Notes under the pieces: generated by a model
Database searches by the model: none
What the model saw: the letters and a program-made list of their open reading frames with translations, nothing else
Told to the model about the DNA's origin: nothing
Position numbers and translations under genes: made by a program
Assembly: GCF_018977255.1 (NCBI RefSeq)
Contig: NW_024704742.1
Coordinates: forward strand, 103,852,001 to 103,916,000
Direction: 5' to 3'
Source of the DNA: Callorhinchus milii
Lineage: Eukaryota
DNA: 64,000 nt
In this document: positions 25,288 through 37,850 of the stretch, one piece after another
Layout of the letters: each line of letters starts with the position of its first letter
Position numbering within the stretch: position 1 is the stretch's first letter

Positions 25288-28200
25288 CTCCTAGTGACTG
25301 GTCTCCCCTTCCAAGTCCTGCCAATGAGCCAGGCTGGCTGTGCTGTCATCAGTAGTGCCCTGAAGTACTGCAGACCCACCTGGCTCAGGAACTGAATCTA
25401 TTACTGTACACAATAAAAAATACCTGCTCTTCCTGAAAAATGTGGGTCATTATTAAAACCTTGTGCCCTTCTGTTTTCATGCTGCAATGTTAAAGTAATG
25501 CTAATTGATTAGGGATGCATGCATGAAAATAGTGGTTATGTTAAAAGGTCTATAGATGTTAGCAGACCCTAGAGAGATTGCGCCACAATTTGTATTTGTG
25601 CCAATATTGACAAAAGATTTAGAAACTTTTCTGTAATTGAATCTCTACAACTTTGATATCTAAATTATATTGATATGATGCACCTTAACTCAATTGCATT
25701 GTGCAAATTAAATGTATGCACTTTTAGATAGTAACCCATTGGGGTACTGTAAATACACCTAGCCAATTTTCTTTTGAAACAATCAACCATGCAATAAAGC
25801 ACTATTAGCACAAAATATCCAATTAATTTGTTAATTTCAAGTTGAAAAGGAAATCAGTGTTTCCTGTAAACTACATTGTAGCCATAGACACCAACACTTT
25901 TTTTCCCAAATTCAGCTTAGCATAATTTACAAGTGATAAGATGCTTTATCAAAGACTAATATATTAATTAGCTCTCACGGGCTTTTCTGTGGATTGTTTT
26001 TAAAGAAACGCTAGTTGGGTAGTATGGTATGCTGGTGCTTGATCAATGAGCTTTTCATCTCAGTCACAAGGGAAGCATCAATGGCTAGCCTAACATTTCC
26101 CCACAGGTGGTTAGAGACAGCCATATGAGAGATGGTGGGGGGAACAAAACACTTCCAACTTGGGATACTCAGTATCAACATTAAGCATTTGCAGGTCAGT
26201 TATAGTATCCAAAGAGTTCCTGACTACCCCAATCACAACCTCAGAAAAGCACCACAACACTGCCTCAGCACTGTACAAGTGTTGATTTTTAAAACAAAAA
26301 TCCTGATGGCTTGACTGAGATTGACAACATACAAAACCTGGTCACTTATGCACATCTCCAAACAATCGTTTCAAGGTCGAGATGCTGTTTAGAGTCGATA
26401 CTCTCCAATGAGGTGATATGCAATATTTTAAATAAATGGATCAAGAGTATTTAACAACAACAAAATTACATTCATAGAGCGCCTTTCACGTCGGGAGGAC
26501 GTCCCAAGGCACTGGACAGTCAGAGGTCAGGACCCGAGTATGAGGGAGGGGTGGGGTAAGGCAGAGAGGTGGGAGAGTGACCGAAGGCACAATCGAAGAG
26601 ACATTTTACAAAACAGTGCATCACTGTTGAAAGAAGGATATATCTAGTAAATAGGGCTAGTCTTTCTAAAATTCCTTATACAAGTAAATCTTTTGAGCAA
26701 AAAGTCCCTAGTTATTTTAAAACCATTAAGAATATATTGCATTAAACTGAAGATAACCCCACATTTATCTATCCTCATTAAATTCAAAGGCCAATAATCA
26801 TTTTCAAAATTACTTCCCAAACAGCTGGAAATATTTAATCTCACATAGAAAGGGATCACAGACTGCAGATATTCATTAGAAGCCTGGAGATCATTACAAG
26901 ACATTTTTTCTTCATACTGGGTCAGGATAATTTACTGCTAGTTTACTTCTACATGACAGAGCATTCTGCATCTATTTAATGTGCTCTAACTTCATAGTAA
27001 GAACTCAGGGACTTCAATTTAAATTATTGTTTATGGTAAATGTAACAACAGAATCAGTGAAATGGCTCACATTTTTATTTGATTGAAACAGGACATTAAA
27101 AATATAAATCTCTGGTTAAAAAAAGGCTTCCCCATTTCCAAAATAATACTACAAATAGGATTTGTTTAAAATCATGTTAGAAAGTGAAAGTGGAATCCAC
27201 TAAATGATTTGTGTGTAATCATTGTGTGTCATCTCTACCCACACCCTTTGGAACTCCATCTCAGTCCCTTTTGCCTTGCTCCCTCCCTTGCCTCCTTCAA
27301 GGCATGTCTCAAGAGTCTCCACTTTGACCACGCCTTTGGTCACCCTCTTACACCCCTGCCCTCCACCCCACTGCTCGGTCCCAAATCCCTGACTGTCCAG
27401 CGACTTGGGACGTCCTCCCGAAGTGAAAGGTGCTATACAAGTGCAATTTATTGTTGTCGTTATACCATTTCCATCTAACGTTTTTTGTATGATATCATAT
27501 TTCATAAACAGAAAATTTGAAAGTTATACAGAATCATGAACAAAGCCCTAGCAATGCCATATTGGATTGTGTTTCAACAAAGAGAATACATTGATTCATA
27601 ACATTTAATGAGCAATGGGACTCTTAAGTTAATTATAAAATATCTATTGCAAATGAAATAGAAATCATATTCCCTATTGTGTAACCCATATAAATAAGTT
27701 AAAATGCTTCACAAGTAAATTAAACATTGAATATAATAAACCTATCCTATCTGCCAGACACAAAAATAATAGTTGTTATACAAATTAGTTAAATTATGAT
27801 ATCCATTGTTCATACCGAAAGACTAAACATTAAATCAACAAAACCTTTCTATGACAATATCTATAGTTTGGAAATGAAATGTTCTGGTACTTAAGAGGCC
27901 ATATAAGGAAAATGATTCTCAGTCACAGCTTGCAGCAATGAACTCCCCCACAGGCTTCACTTCCTGACCCTTCCCCCAGTTAAGAAAACAATTAAATCCA
28001 TGCCTGCATCTGGAATATCATTGTCTTCTAACTGGAATAAAGGAGTTTAAAAAATAGAGGTTGTCAGCATTTACAATGTATTGCTGACTCTGATTGGAAG
28101 TGTGTTACTTTATGAAACAATTAAAAAAAGCAGAAACTTTCGCATCTCTGAAAGATTTGCTCTCTTACACAGGAAAGCTGTCTGTAGTAAGTCTTTAGGT

Positions 28201-28405
28201 GTCTCCTTATTTAACAACTTTCCTGACCACTTGACCTTCCTGACAAACAAACTCATGCTGTGTTCATGCCAAAATATGCTGTTGATCAATGATCTATGTC
28301 CCAGTCATTTCCTGGCTGAATAGTTCAGCTTTAAAAGCTAAAAGATGCAAAGTCCATTAAAGTTTATCTACCCCCAAATCCGATTTACAGTTATTCAGCT
28401 CTCAC

Positions 28406-28462
28406 CTCATTTTTCTCGGTAGTTGAATCAGTTCCACAGTTTACAGCAACTTCAGAGCTCAT
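28406..28462 (-). CDS. MCC: MCC short-isoform alternative first coding exon
   Basis: Kozak-like GCCACTACCATG. Encodes 19 codons, MSSEVAVNCGTDSTTEKNE, which aligns without gaps to the recalled human short-isoform start MNSGVAMKYGNDSSAELSE. Donor GAG|GTGAGA, phase 0, same as exon 3. Confidence 0.85.
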
Positions 28463-30154
28463 GGTAGTGGCTTTTAGCATGCAGAATGCATAGATCCCAG
28501 AATAAAAGCCATTTAATACAGTGTAACTGCTTCCAGCTTCTGCTTGCTTCCAGCTTCTCCTGCCTGCTACATTCCAGTAAAGCCAGCCATTTTCAACCCA
28601 AAACAGACTCGCAGCCTGAATTAATGATGCAAGCCTGCTGACATTCTCCACCAAATATCTTTCACTTCAAAAACAATTCCGTGAAGAATAACGCATTATT
28701 TTAGTCCTCAACAAAGGTTGAACAATTCACGTTCTATTGGCTTGAAAACTGTATACAAGTTGTCCAACCTCAGCTGTCATGCTGTTTTAGAAGACAAGTC
28801 AATGTTATACTCCCCTCCAGTTTATGCTGCCGTTCAGCTGCTGGGTTGACGGCACCTCCCAGAGGGAGTAAAAGTACTGCCTATTCAGTGGGTTTATCAC
28901 GCATGCACAATACCAGCAGTTCTTCCGGCAGGACACCCATCGTCTGGCCAAAAGGAATGTGATGCTTTCATAAATTCCATTTCTACCACGTTGGATACGT
29001 GTTTGCATCCAGAATGCTTTTAAAAACAGTGACATAAGATGGTTTATGCATGAAACACAGCTCTGTTTTTCTGTTGGCTACAGACTACATAGGAGGGGTT
29101 GTGTGACCGAATCCACCGCAGAATTTAATGTAATGGATACTGCTTTCTTAAAGAGTTTTAGGTCTATTTCGAATACAAGTTTACCCACAGCAATCCACAC
29201 AGAATTCAGAATTTCAGCAAAAGTATCTATATCCATCATGACTGCTTTGGCTCTCACCTGAAATCTTTCATAACATCCAAAGCAAAGCTTTCTGTGGTGA
29301 GGGCATTTAATGTATTGTTTCGCTCGACCAACATATTTCCAGATAAGCAAACAAAACACAAAATCTAAAAAAAACTTTCCAGTTCTGCACTAGAGTTGTT
29401 CATATTTTTTCACTGAAGCTTCAAAGAAGCAGTTTACCTTAACTGCACACGTACTGAATGCAAAATGTAACTGCACTCTTTATCTTTTCAACTGTTCAAC
29501 CAAAAAGCATTTACAAAATTAATCACAATAATAAGATATCAGCAAAACTATGCACATTTATTTTTAATTTTTCTAAATCTAGCAAAACAGAATATTTTAG
29601 TTAAGTGCAGTTCTGCAACATCCAACCTCTAAAGTTACTTCACACATAAAAGCTCATTCCATCATATTTGTACTTCACTTGTAACTGGCGTATTTCACAA
29701 GATCGGGTTAGATGAAGAAGGCCCTTTGGCGCATCTGAGCTCATCCTTCCAGAATACCCACCCTTCCCATTCATTGAGTACACAAGTTTCCTATTCTTAC
29801 TTTGAATATGTAGTACCTTGTATTTATTTGTATGAAACTTAATTTGCCATGTGCCTTTCCACCATGGAGAAGGTCTTTCTGGTGTCAAGCTGTCTACATG
29901 ATGGTGTAGCTGGCTAAGGAAGAACACTTTGGGTTAAACGACTGTTTGTGGGACACTGCTGTGCGCAATTGGCTGCTAGGCACAAAATATACAGTCAATT
30001 CACTTTACAGTATATTCTGTGAAGTCCTTTGAGACATCTCGAAGATGTGATAAGGCGCTATATCAAATGCAAGGATTATTATTATTATTGCGGTGAACTC
30101 AATAACCCAATACAAGCAGATCCTTAGCGCTCCATGGCACTCAACTGACTTGCC

Positions 30155-30520
30155 TGATTGAGGTTTTTAAAATAAAGGGATTTGATAGGGTAGATACAGA
30201 AAAACTATTTCCTCTAGTAGGGGAATCCAGACAAGGGGTCATAATCTTACATTTGGCTAGGCCATTTAGGAGTGACATTAGGAGGCAGTTTTTCACCTGA
30301 AGTGTAATGGAATCTGGAACTCTCTCTCCCAAAAGACTACAGATGTTGGATCCAATCACATTTTCAAGACGGAGTTGGATAGATAATTGTTAGGTCAGGG
30401 TATTGAGGGACATGGGGCAAGGGTGGGTAATTGGACTTGAGGTACAGATCAGCAATTATCGTATAGAATGGTACAACAGACTCGAGGGGCTGAATGGCCT
30501 ACTCCTATTTCTATGTTTCT
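30155..30520 (+). mobile_element. CR1 3' end, degenerate
   Basis: GATTTGATAGGGTAGAT...TGGAACTCTCTCTCCC...GAATGGCCTACTCCT...TTCTATGTTTCTA. Other CR1 remnants at about 11310-11530(-), 22850-23110(-), 29660-29850(-), 32560-33560(+), 44220-44600(+), 46860-47000(+), 50920-51460(+), 57390-57850(+). Confidence 0.85.
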
Positions 30521-33066
30521 ATTGATGCAACATCAACGGGAATTGAGGGATAGACGTGTCACAAAGAGACAAGATTCCTTCCCTTCAGCTCCTGAAGAAC
30601 TCTACTCCAATAGACAGGTTGGTCCTCGATGGACGAGCAGCCAGACTTTCAACTGTGCCTATATCACTCAACTGTGTATTTTCAGCAGTCTTGGCTAGTC
30701 TAGAAAAACTGAAGCCTAGGCTCCAGATTCAGTGAGCATCACCAATGATCCACATGATCATATATGGTTAAGGATGTGAAACAGATGCCAAATTTCTAGT
30801 TATTACTATATATTGTATATTAATTTCCAGAAATATCAAATAAAGAAATAAAACACACATTTACCCAGTTAAATTGTAAAGCAAAATATGGAATTCAAAT
30901 GTCAAGATGAACTGGTAAATATTTAATTACAGCATCAGCTAAATTAAACGTTAAGCTTTAAGGATTCAGGTTAGAAATTTTCAAACTGCATTTTTATCAG
31001 TTTATCCAGCTGGACAGTACTTGAAATTACATTTCTCTTAATTGAATACTTTGAGAATGCCATTTATAAAATCTACCGTATGAGAGAGAGAGCACTCACC
31101 AATATCACATCATCACCATTTGTTTTCTGACATTCTATTTGCCAGTTTTATACACTGGACAATTTGACCAAATAATACTCAGAAACTGCACCAAAACAAC
31201 ACAACAGAATTCCGAAAGCACCATTAACCCGAGCAAAAGGTGACAGTCACTTTTTCAGTGGGCTGTTTTTTTAATGTTAGACCAAGCCAACCTAAGGTGC
31301 CAGAAAAATGCAGCTACAATTTAACCATACATACAATATTAAATCAATATTAAAATGATTTTGTAAAGAAGTCCATCAATCTTTAAAATGATACACTGAA
31401 GGTTCAATTTGAAAATAGTCATTCACTTTACAATATGAGATAAGGTCCTATTAAAAATGGAAGGATTATTATTATTAACGTAACACTCCCTTGTGAACAC
31501 AATGCCCCTTCTATTTCATGCTATTTCCCAAAAGTGTACGTGCACAGAAAACTTCACAAGTGAAATGGTGGCACAGTTGTTATCCAGGGAACTGGCTTCA
31601 TGGCCAAACTAATGGGACGAAAGTATGCTTCCTCTATTGACAAAAACATCTTATAATAATCCTTACATTTGAAATGAGTCTTCTAGACAACTTAAAGCAA
31701 TCAAATTGACTGTATATTTGTGGGCGATACGCAACAGCCAATTACGCACAGCTGTGTCCCATAAACAGTCGTGGATTGAAGTGACAATTTTATTGTTTTT
31801 TTGAAGGAATATTATTAGGCGTGTGGAGTAAGGAAACTTGCCCAAGGTTTCACCCAGCTAGGAATCGAATCCAGCGAGTGCTCTAACCACTGAGCTCCAG
31901 GACTCCACAAGAAATCACTTCAACAGCATATGAAAATCAACCAAAATGGAGATCTTGATTTAGTAGAATAACCTTTAATACTTTCACTTCCTGAGTTAAT
32001 AGTTCAGTATATATTCTGACATGAATTTTGACAACCAGCTTCATTAATAGCACTCAAATTATGTATTCATAGAATTAAAATAACAGCTGACAAAACCTAT
32101 TTTGTCTTCTTTTTCTCCCCCTCCCATTTATAGCAATGTAATGTTTAATATTGACTAAATTAAAATCACTAGAGGTGAACAAAGTGCAAATATAGGATTG
32201 TAATTTATTTTGTGAAAGAAAATCAGACAAAGTGTTTTCTGCAAAATGCCATTTTAAGTCAGGCTATTATTGCCTGGAACTAACCCCTGAACACCAAAGC
32301 ATATATGTTACAGAAATGCACAGGTGCAAAATCCCATTGCAAGTTTGGTGGGAAACAAGAAAGATTTAATCTCAAAACTCCTTCCATGAGCGAAAAACAA
32401 AATAAATATTCCACAAGTATTCTACATTCTTGTGAAGAATCACAAAATACAGAAATAAGTAAAACATGCAATGTCAAGCTACTTGATTGTAAAAAAATCA
32501 AAGCAGTTTCACTTAACCCGAAATGAGTAGAATCCCAAAGCAAAGATTCAATCCCCTAGTTAAGTTAATGAAGACTGCAATATGATATAAGACAGGTTGA
32601 TAGAATGGGCAAATTGGCGACAGATGAACTCCAATTTGAAGAAATGTGGCGATTCTCTTTTGTAGGAGGAATAAAGAAGCTACCTGTACAGTAAATGGTA
32701 AGAACCTCAGAGGGGTAGAGAGGTCTTGGGATTCAAAGCCATAAACTCTAAACGTAGCAAAACAGGTGGACAAGGCCATTAAGAAAGTCCTTGACTTTAT
32801 GTCCAGACATAAAAGTAACAAAGTTATATTAATTTAATAAAACATCTTTGATAGACAACATTTGGAGTACTATGTTCAGTTGTGATCTACTGTACTATAC
32901 CTTACTACAAAATGGACACTGTATAAAGGAGAGTGATTTATTAGGATGTTAACAGAGATGATAGGATACAATTATTGAGAAAGACTGGACAGATTAGAAA
33001 GTGAACCTGATATTAATGTTTAAAATGATGAAAGAACAGTTTGATAAGGTGTATATAAATAATTGT

Positions 33067-33390
33067 GGAGTCCTGTAGCTCAGTGGTTAGAACACTCGCC
33101 TTGCAAGCGAGACACCTGGGTTCGATTCCAGGCAGAGGGCGAAACCTTGGGCAAGTTTCCTTACTCCACACAGAGCCTAATAATAATCCCTCCAAAATAA
33201 AACAATAATAAATTGGTCATTTCCAATCCACGACTGTTTGTGGGACACTGCTGTGCGCAATTCACTGCCGCGTTTCGCCCACAAATATACAGTCAATTCA
33301 CTTTACAGTCTATTCTGTGAAGCGCTTTGAGAAGTCGAGAAGACGTGAAAAGCGCTATATCAAATTCAAGAATTATTATTGTTATTATTA
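33067..33390 (+). mobile_element. Full-length tRNA-Ala-derived SINE with L2-like 3' end
   Basis: Box A TAGCTCAGTGG, anticodon arm CTCGC-CTTGCAA-GCGAG (TGC), box B GGTTCGATTCC, then body and (TTA)n tail. Sits within a CR1 remnant. Confidence 0.92.
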
Positions 33391-33739
33391 TAAGCTATTT
33401 CTACTTATTGGTAAATCCGTAACAATGCAAAATTTAGAAAGTTTAGAAGGAACTTTTTAATACAGATGGTGGGGAGAATGTGGAACCACTGCCAGCAGCT
33501 GTGGTTCAAGAAGATAGCATGACAGCAAAGGGAATTTTGGGGCATGAGAGGAGACTCATGTAGAACTTACATTGGTCATTCACTTCATGGCTGTTTGTAG
33601 GACACTGCTATGCGCAAATTCGCTGCCATATCTGCCTACAAATACACAGTTTACCACACCACACTAAAGGCCAGTGAATTGCTTGTGGCATTTTGACAAG
33701 GCACTATATCAAACACAAGGATTATTATAAAGGAGTGTA

Positions 33740-34370
33740 GGGAGGGGGGAGTGGTGGGGTAGTGTTGACTGCCTGGGGCATGCGGAAGGGGAATTAGAGG
33801 AGGAGGATGCAGCTAAGTGGATATTTTCAATCTTTGATACCAAGAAGTCGAGGATGGAGGCAGCTTCTTTATGTCAAAGATTGAAAATATCCACTTAGCT
33901 GCATCCTCCTCCTCCAATTCCCCCTCTGCACCCCCAGACCATCTACACCACCCCTCTTTCTGCCACAGGAGGTTCACGAAGGAAGTAATGGATGGTGGAG
34001 AACAGTGCCTTTCGGTTATTTTTAGTCTCCAAAATGATTTTGGAGTAAAACGCAGTTTTAGCCTGCAAGAGGGAAAAGCAATAGTTCCGGAGGTCCTCGA
34101 GCCACAGGTGGCAGTGGATTGTGAGGCCAGATTTGTGCCATCTGCGCTTGAGCATCTGGGTTTTCGTTTTGAGGGAGCGGAGGTGGCTGTCATACCAGGG
34201 GGAGCAGGCAGGTTTGGAGGTAGCCCTGGATTTCAGGGGGGCAAGGGAGTTTCTTGAGCCCCAAACTGACCTCACCTCTATGTCAGAAGGTTTGGGGTTC
34301 AAGGCCCACATCAGAACTTTGAGACACTCCAGTGTACATTCAAATGAGATGTTAAACTGATTCAGTCTGA
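33740..34370 (-). mobile_element. L2 ORF2 internal fragment with a local inverted duplication
   Basis: ORF 33943-34398 (SPWYDSHLRSLK...RRWHKSGLTIH...KTAFYSKII) resembles the pre-RT region at 35440-35700. Confidence 0.8.
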
Positions 34371-35419
34371 TGTTCACAATCCTAAAATACAATTCCAAAA
34401 AAGAAGCTTCTCTTGGGGCACCTAGTAAATTGGCTATTTGACCACAAATACACCTTCACTGCATTTGATTATGTTTGTAGGCTTGCAAAAACATTACATA
34501 CTTCAACTTTCACATATAATCTTTAATAGGATTGAATATCATAAGATTCATTTTTTTTCGTACTAAAAAGAGAAAGAATCCAAAAGGTACTTAATTTTCA
34601 CAGCTCTAATTTTCTTCGACCTCTACTCGGAAACAAAAAACACAATTCTAGTTGTCAAAAGGCTAATTTACAGTGGAATCTTAACCAAAGGTAACTAAGC
34701 GACTACAGTAAGACAGAGATGCAATATAGATCAACACAATACTATCTTCAACTCATCTTCAGCCACATTAATATAGCACCATCTGTTGGGTGCGCAAAGC
34801 ACAACAATTAGAATCTTATGAGAGAGAAAAGAATATTCCCGATAGTTTTAGTGTATAACATTCAGGATCAGATTACACGTGAATGTTACGTGATGATAAT
34901 TATATGCATTTCCACATATATCCCCATATAAAATAGGAGTGAGGAGAGGGGTATTACAATGAAATTCTAAAGACATGACATATATAAAAAATACTCTCCT
35001 TTAAGTTTCAAGCTCATATTGTTCCAAGTACAATTTTCAACTTAGTCCATAACCTACCATTTTCTTTTATCATCAGCCACATTCAGTTTCCTCATTTGTG
35101 TGTTTTGAATTTTGTCCAAAGGGTTTGAATCTTCCAGAAATAGGTACGGCCTGACCAGAGCTCTATCTAAAGTGAGTTTGACGACACCCCTTCATTTTGT
35201 ACGTGGTTGATGTTTTACGTGCCAATATGCATTGTCTTCAATTTACATCATCTGTCAGTCACTTCAGAACCATTTGCTGAACTTACAAATTACATACAGT
35301 TCATCTGTGACCAGGGCTCTGTTTCTGTCTCCTCGTCCTCGATCTCACTGCCACGTTTGACACTGTTGACCACTCTACTCTTCTTCACTGTCACTCCTCT
35401 CAGCTCCACCTTCACAGTT

Positions 35420-37375
35420 CTGTCCTCCCGTACTCTCTTACTCTCGCTTCTCCCCCTGGTTCACCACCCACCTCCGCTCACTGAAGAGCCAGGTACGGGC
35501 CGCTGAACGCACCTGCCTCAAATCTGGCCTAACTGTCCACCGACAAATCTGGCTGGACCTCCTCAAAATCTACCGCTCCACTCTAGCCTCGGCCAAGTCG
35601 TCCTTCTACTCCAGGATAATCCTGGAGGCGAAGATCAACCCCAGGCTTCTTCTGTTCTCTACCACATCCTGACTCCTCGTTCCCCCCGCCACCCCGCGCA
35701 GGTCATCTCTTCCAACCTTCACTGCGAGGAGATGCTGGATTTCCTTGAATCCAAAATCAAGGGAATCCGCTCCGCGGTCACTTCCCCTCCAACTTCCACC
35801 CAACCCCCACCCCTTCCCTCCCACACTCCGACTCCTACCCATCCTCCCCTGCACACCTTCGAACCCGTTTCCCCACCCTCTGTCACCAACCTCACCCTGT
35901 CCCTGAAACCCACCACCTGCTCCCTGGACCCCATCCCCACTCCACATCTCCCAGCTCCACCTCCTTGCCCCACTTCTCACAGACATCATCAACCTGTCCC
36001 TCTCCTCTGGCTCTGTTCCCATTCCCTTAAAAACTGCCACCATCACTCCCACTTTGAAAAAACCCTCCCTTGATGCGTCGCAGCTATCAAGCTACCGACC
36101 CATCTCCAAACTCCCCTTCCTGTCCAAGGTCCTTGAAAGAGTGGTCGCCTCCCAGCTGCGCTCTTTCCTCTCCACCCATTCATTATTTGAACTCCTTCAG
36201 TCGGGTTTCCGTGCTGCCCATAGCACAGAAACTGCCCTGGTCAAGGTCACCAATGACATCCTGACCATCTGCGACCAGGGCTCCCTCTGCCTCCTGGTCC
36301 TCCTCGACTTATCGGCCGCATTCGATACGGTCGACCACTCTATCCTCCTCCACTGCTTGTACTCCCACCTCAACCTTCAAGGCCCTGTCCTTGAGTGGTT
36401 TAGGTCGTACCTCTCCCACCGTCTTCATTTTGTCTCTGCAAACGGCTTTTCCTCCGGCCCCCACACTGTCTCGTGCGGCGTCCCTCAGGGATCTGTCCTC
36501 GGTTCCCTCCTCTTCACCCTCTATATGCTCCCCCTTGGTGACATCATCCGCAGACATGGGGTTAACTTCCACATGTATGCGGATGACACCCAACTCTACC
36601 TTTCCTCCTCTACCCTCAACTCCACGACCACCGATGTCCTGACAGCCTGCCTGTCCGACATCGAGTCCTGGACGAGAGACAACTTTCTTCAGCTCAACGT
36701 GCGCAAAACTGAGGCCCTCCTGATTGGCTCACGTCAGCGCCTCCGCACCTCAGGCGCTGACAGCATCAGCATCCAAGGCTGCACTCTCCACCTCTCAAAG
36801 CCAGTCAGGAACCTCGGGGTTCTGTTCGACCCTGAGCTGTCCTTTCTCCCTCATATCCGCGCCACAACTGGCACCGCCTTCCACCACCTCCGGAACATCG
36901 CCAGACTACGGCACTACCTCACCCCTCACGCTGCTGAAACTCTGGTCCACGCCTTTATCACCTCAAGGCTGGACTATGGGAACTCTCTCCTCGCCGGCCT
37001 TCCCGGCACCTCCCTCCACAAGCTGCAGGTCATTCAGAACTCTGCAGCTCGTGTACTGTCCCGCACCAGGCTTCGGGACCACATCACTCCCACCCTCGCT
37101 CGCCTCCACTGGCTCCCCATCCCCCAGAGGATCGAATTCAAGATCCTCATCCTCACCTACAAGGCCATTCACGGCCTTGCTCCCTCCTACCTCTCCGACC
37201 TACTATCCCCCTACTTACCTGCCCGTACCCTCCGTTCCTCTGGCTCCGGTCTGCTCCACATCCCCCGCCCCAACCGCCCTACCATCGGTGGCCGGGCCTT
37301 CAGCCTCTAGGCTCTGGAGCTCCACCCCCCAGTGCCTTCGCCGCTTCCTCCCTTTCCTCCTTCAAGGCCGGTCTC
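35420..37375 (+). mobile_element. L2-clade LINE, 5'-truncated, with an intact reverse transcriptase domain
   Basis: ORF 36054-37310 (418 aa) has the motifs [60 protein letters not shown]. The upstream part is frameshifted; no endonuclease domain or 3' tail present. Confidence 0.95.
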
Positions 37376-37384
37376 ATCTATCCT

Positions 37385-37850
37385 TTCATTATGTCCAATA
37401 TACTAACTCCCTGCTCGCCGGATTTCCCAATCTTCCCTCCACAATCTGCAGATTATTTAGAATCTCTGCTGCTCGTGTCCTCTCCAGCACCAAACTCCAT
37501 GAGCCGATCACCCCCATTCTCGTCTGGCTTTACTGGTTCCCCATTCCCCAGAAGATAGAGTTTAAGATCCTCGTCCTCACTTTTAAAACTCTTCTTGCTC
37601 CTTTTTACCTCTGCAACCTGCAAAAACTTTACCAAAAGTTGCTGCTCGATGGACGCTGGTCTACTCCATGTCTCCCCCAACTTACCCCTCCCACCATCAG
37701 GCCTTCAGCTTCTCTGCCACCACCCTCTGGAACTCCATCTATCTGATCGCCTTGCCCCCTCCTTTATTTTGTTCAAGACCAGTCTCAAGATCTTCCTCTT
37801 TGACAATGTCTGTGGTCATCCGTGCACCTCCATCCTGCTTACTATCCACC
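37385..37850 (+). mobile_element. Older degenerate L2 3' fragment abutting the younger copy
   Basis: Diverged repeat of the C-terminal motifs (SAARVLS, PIPQKIEFKILVLTFK). A matching older RT piece lies at about 35305-35415. Confidence 0.75.

Noticed and set aside
1..28400. MCC exon 4 (LHSAALASLKGDIVELNKRL-like)
   Set aside because: Not found in the ORF track or by reading; it presumably lies beyond the left edge.
28805..29359. Minus-strand ORFs upstream of the short-isoform exon as extra exons or a retrogene
   Set aside because: Stops in every frame, no consistent splice phase and no recognisable protein; more likely promoter sequence.
33067..33140. tRNA-Ala(TGC) gene
   Set aside because: It is the head of a multi-copy SINE: it runs into the SINE body and tail, and the acceptor stem pairs poorly.
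36054..37310. Domesticated or novel RT gene, retron-like system
   Set aside because: Ordinary L2 ORF2 fragment with many decayed paralogues in the window, no ATG start, and frameshifted upstream sequence.
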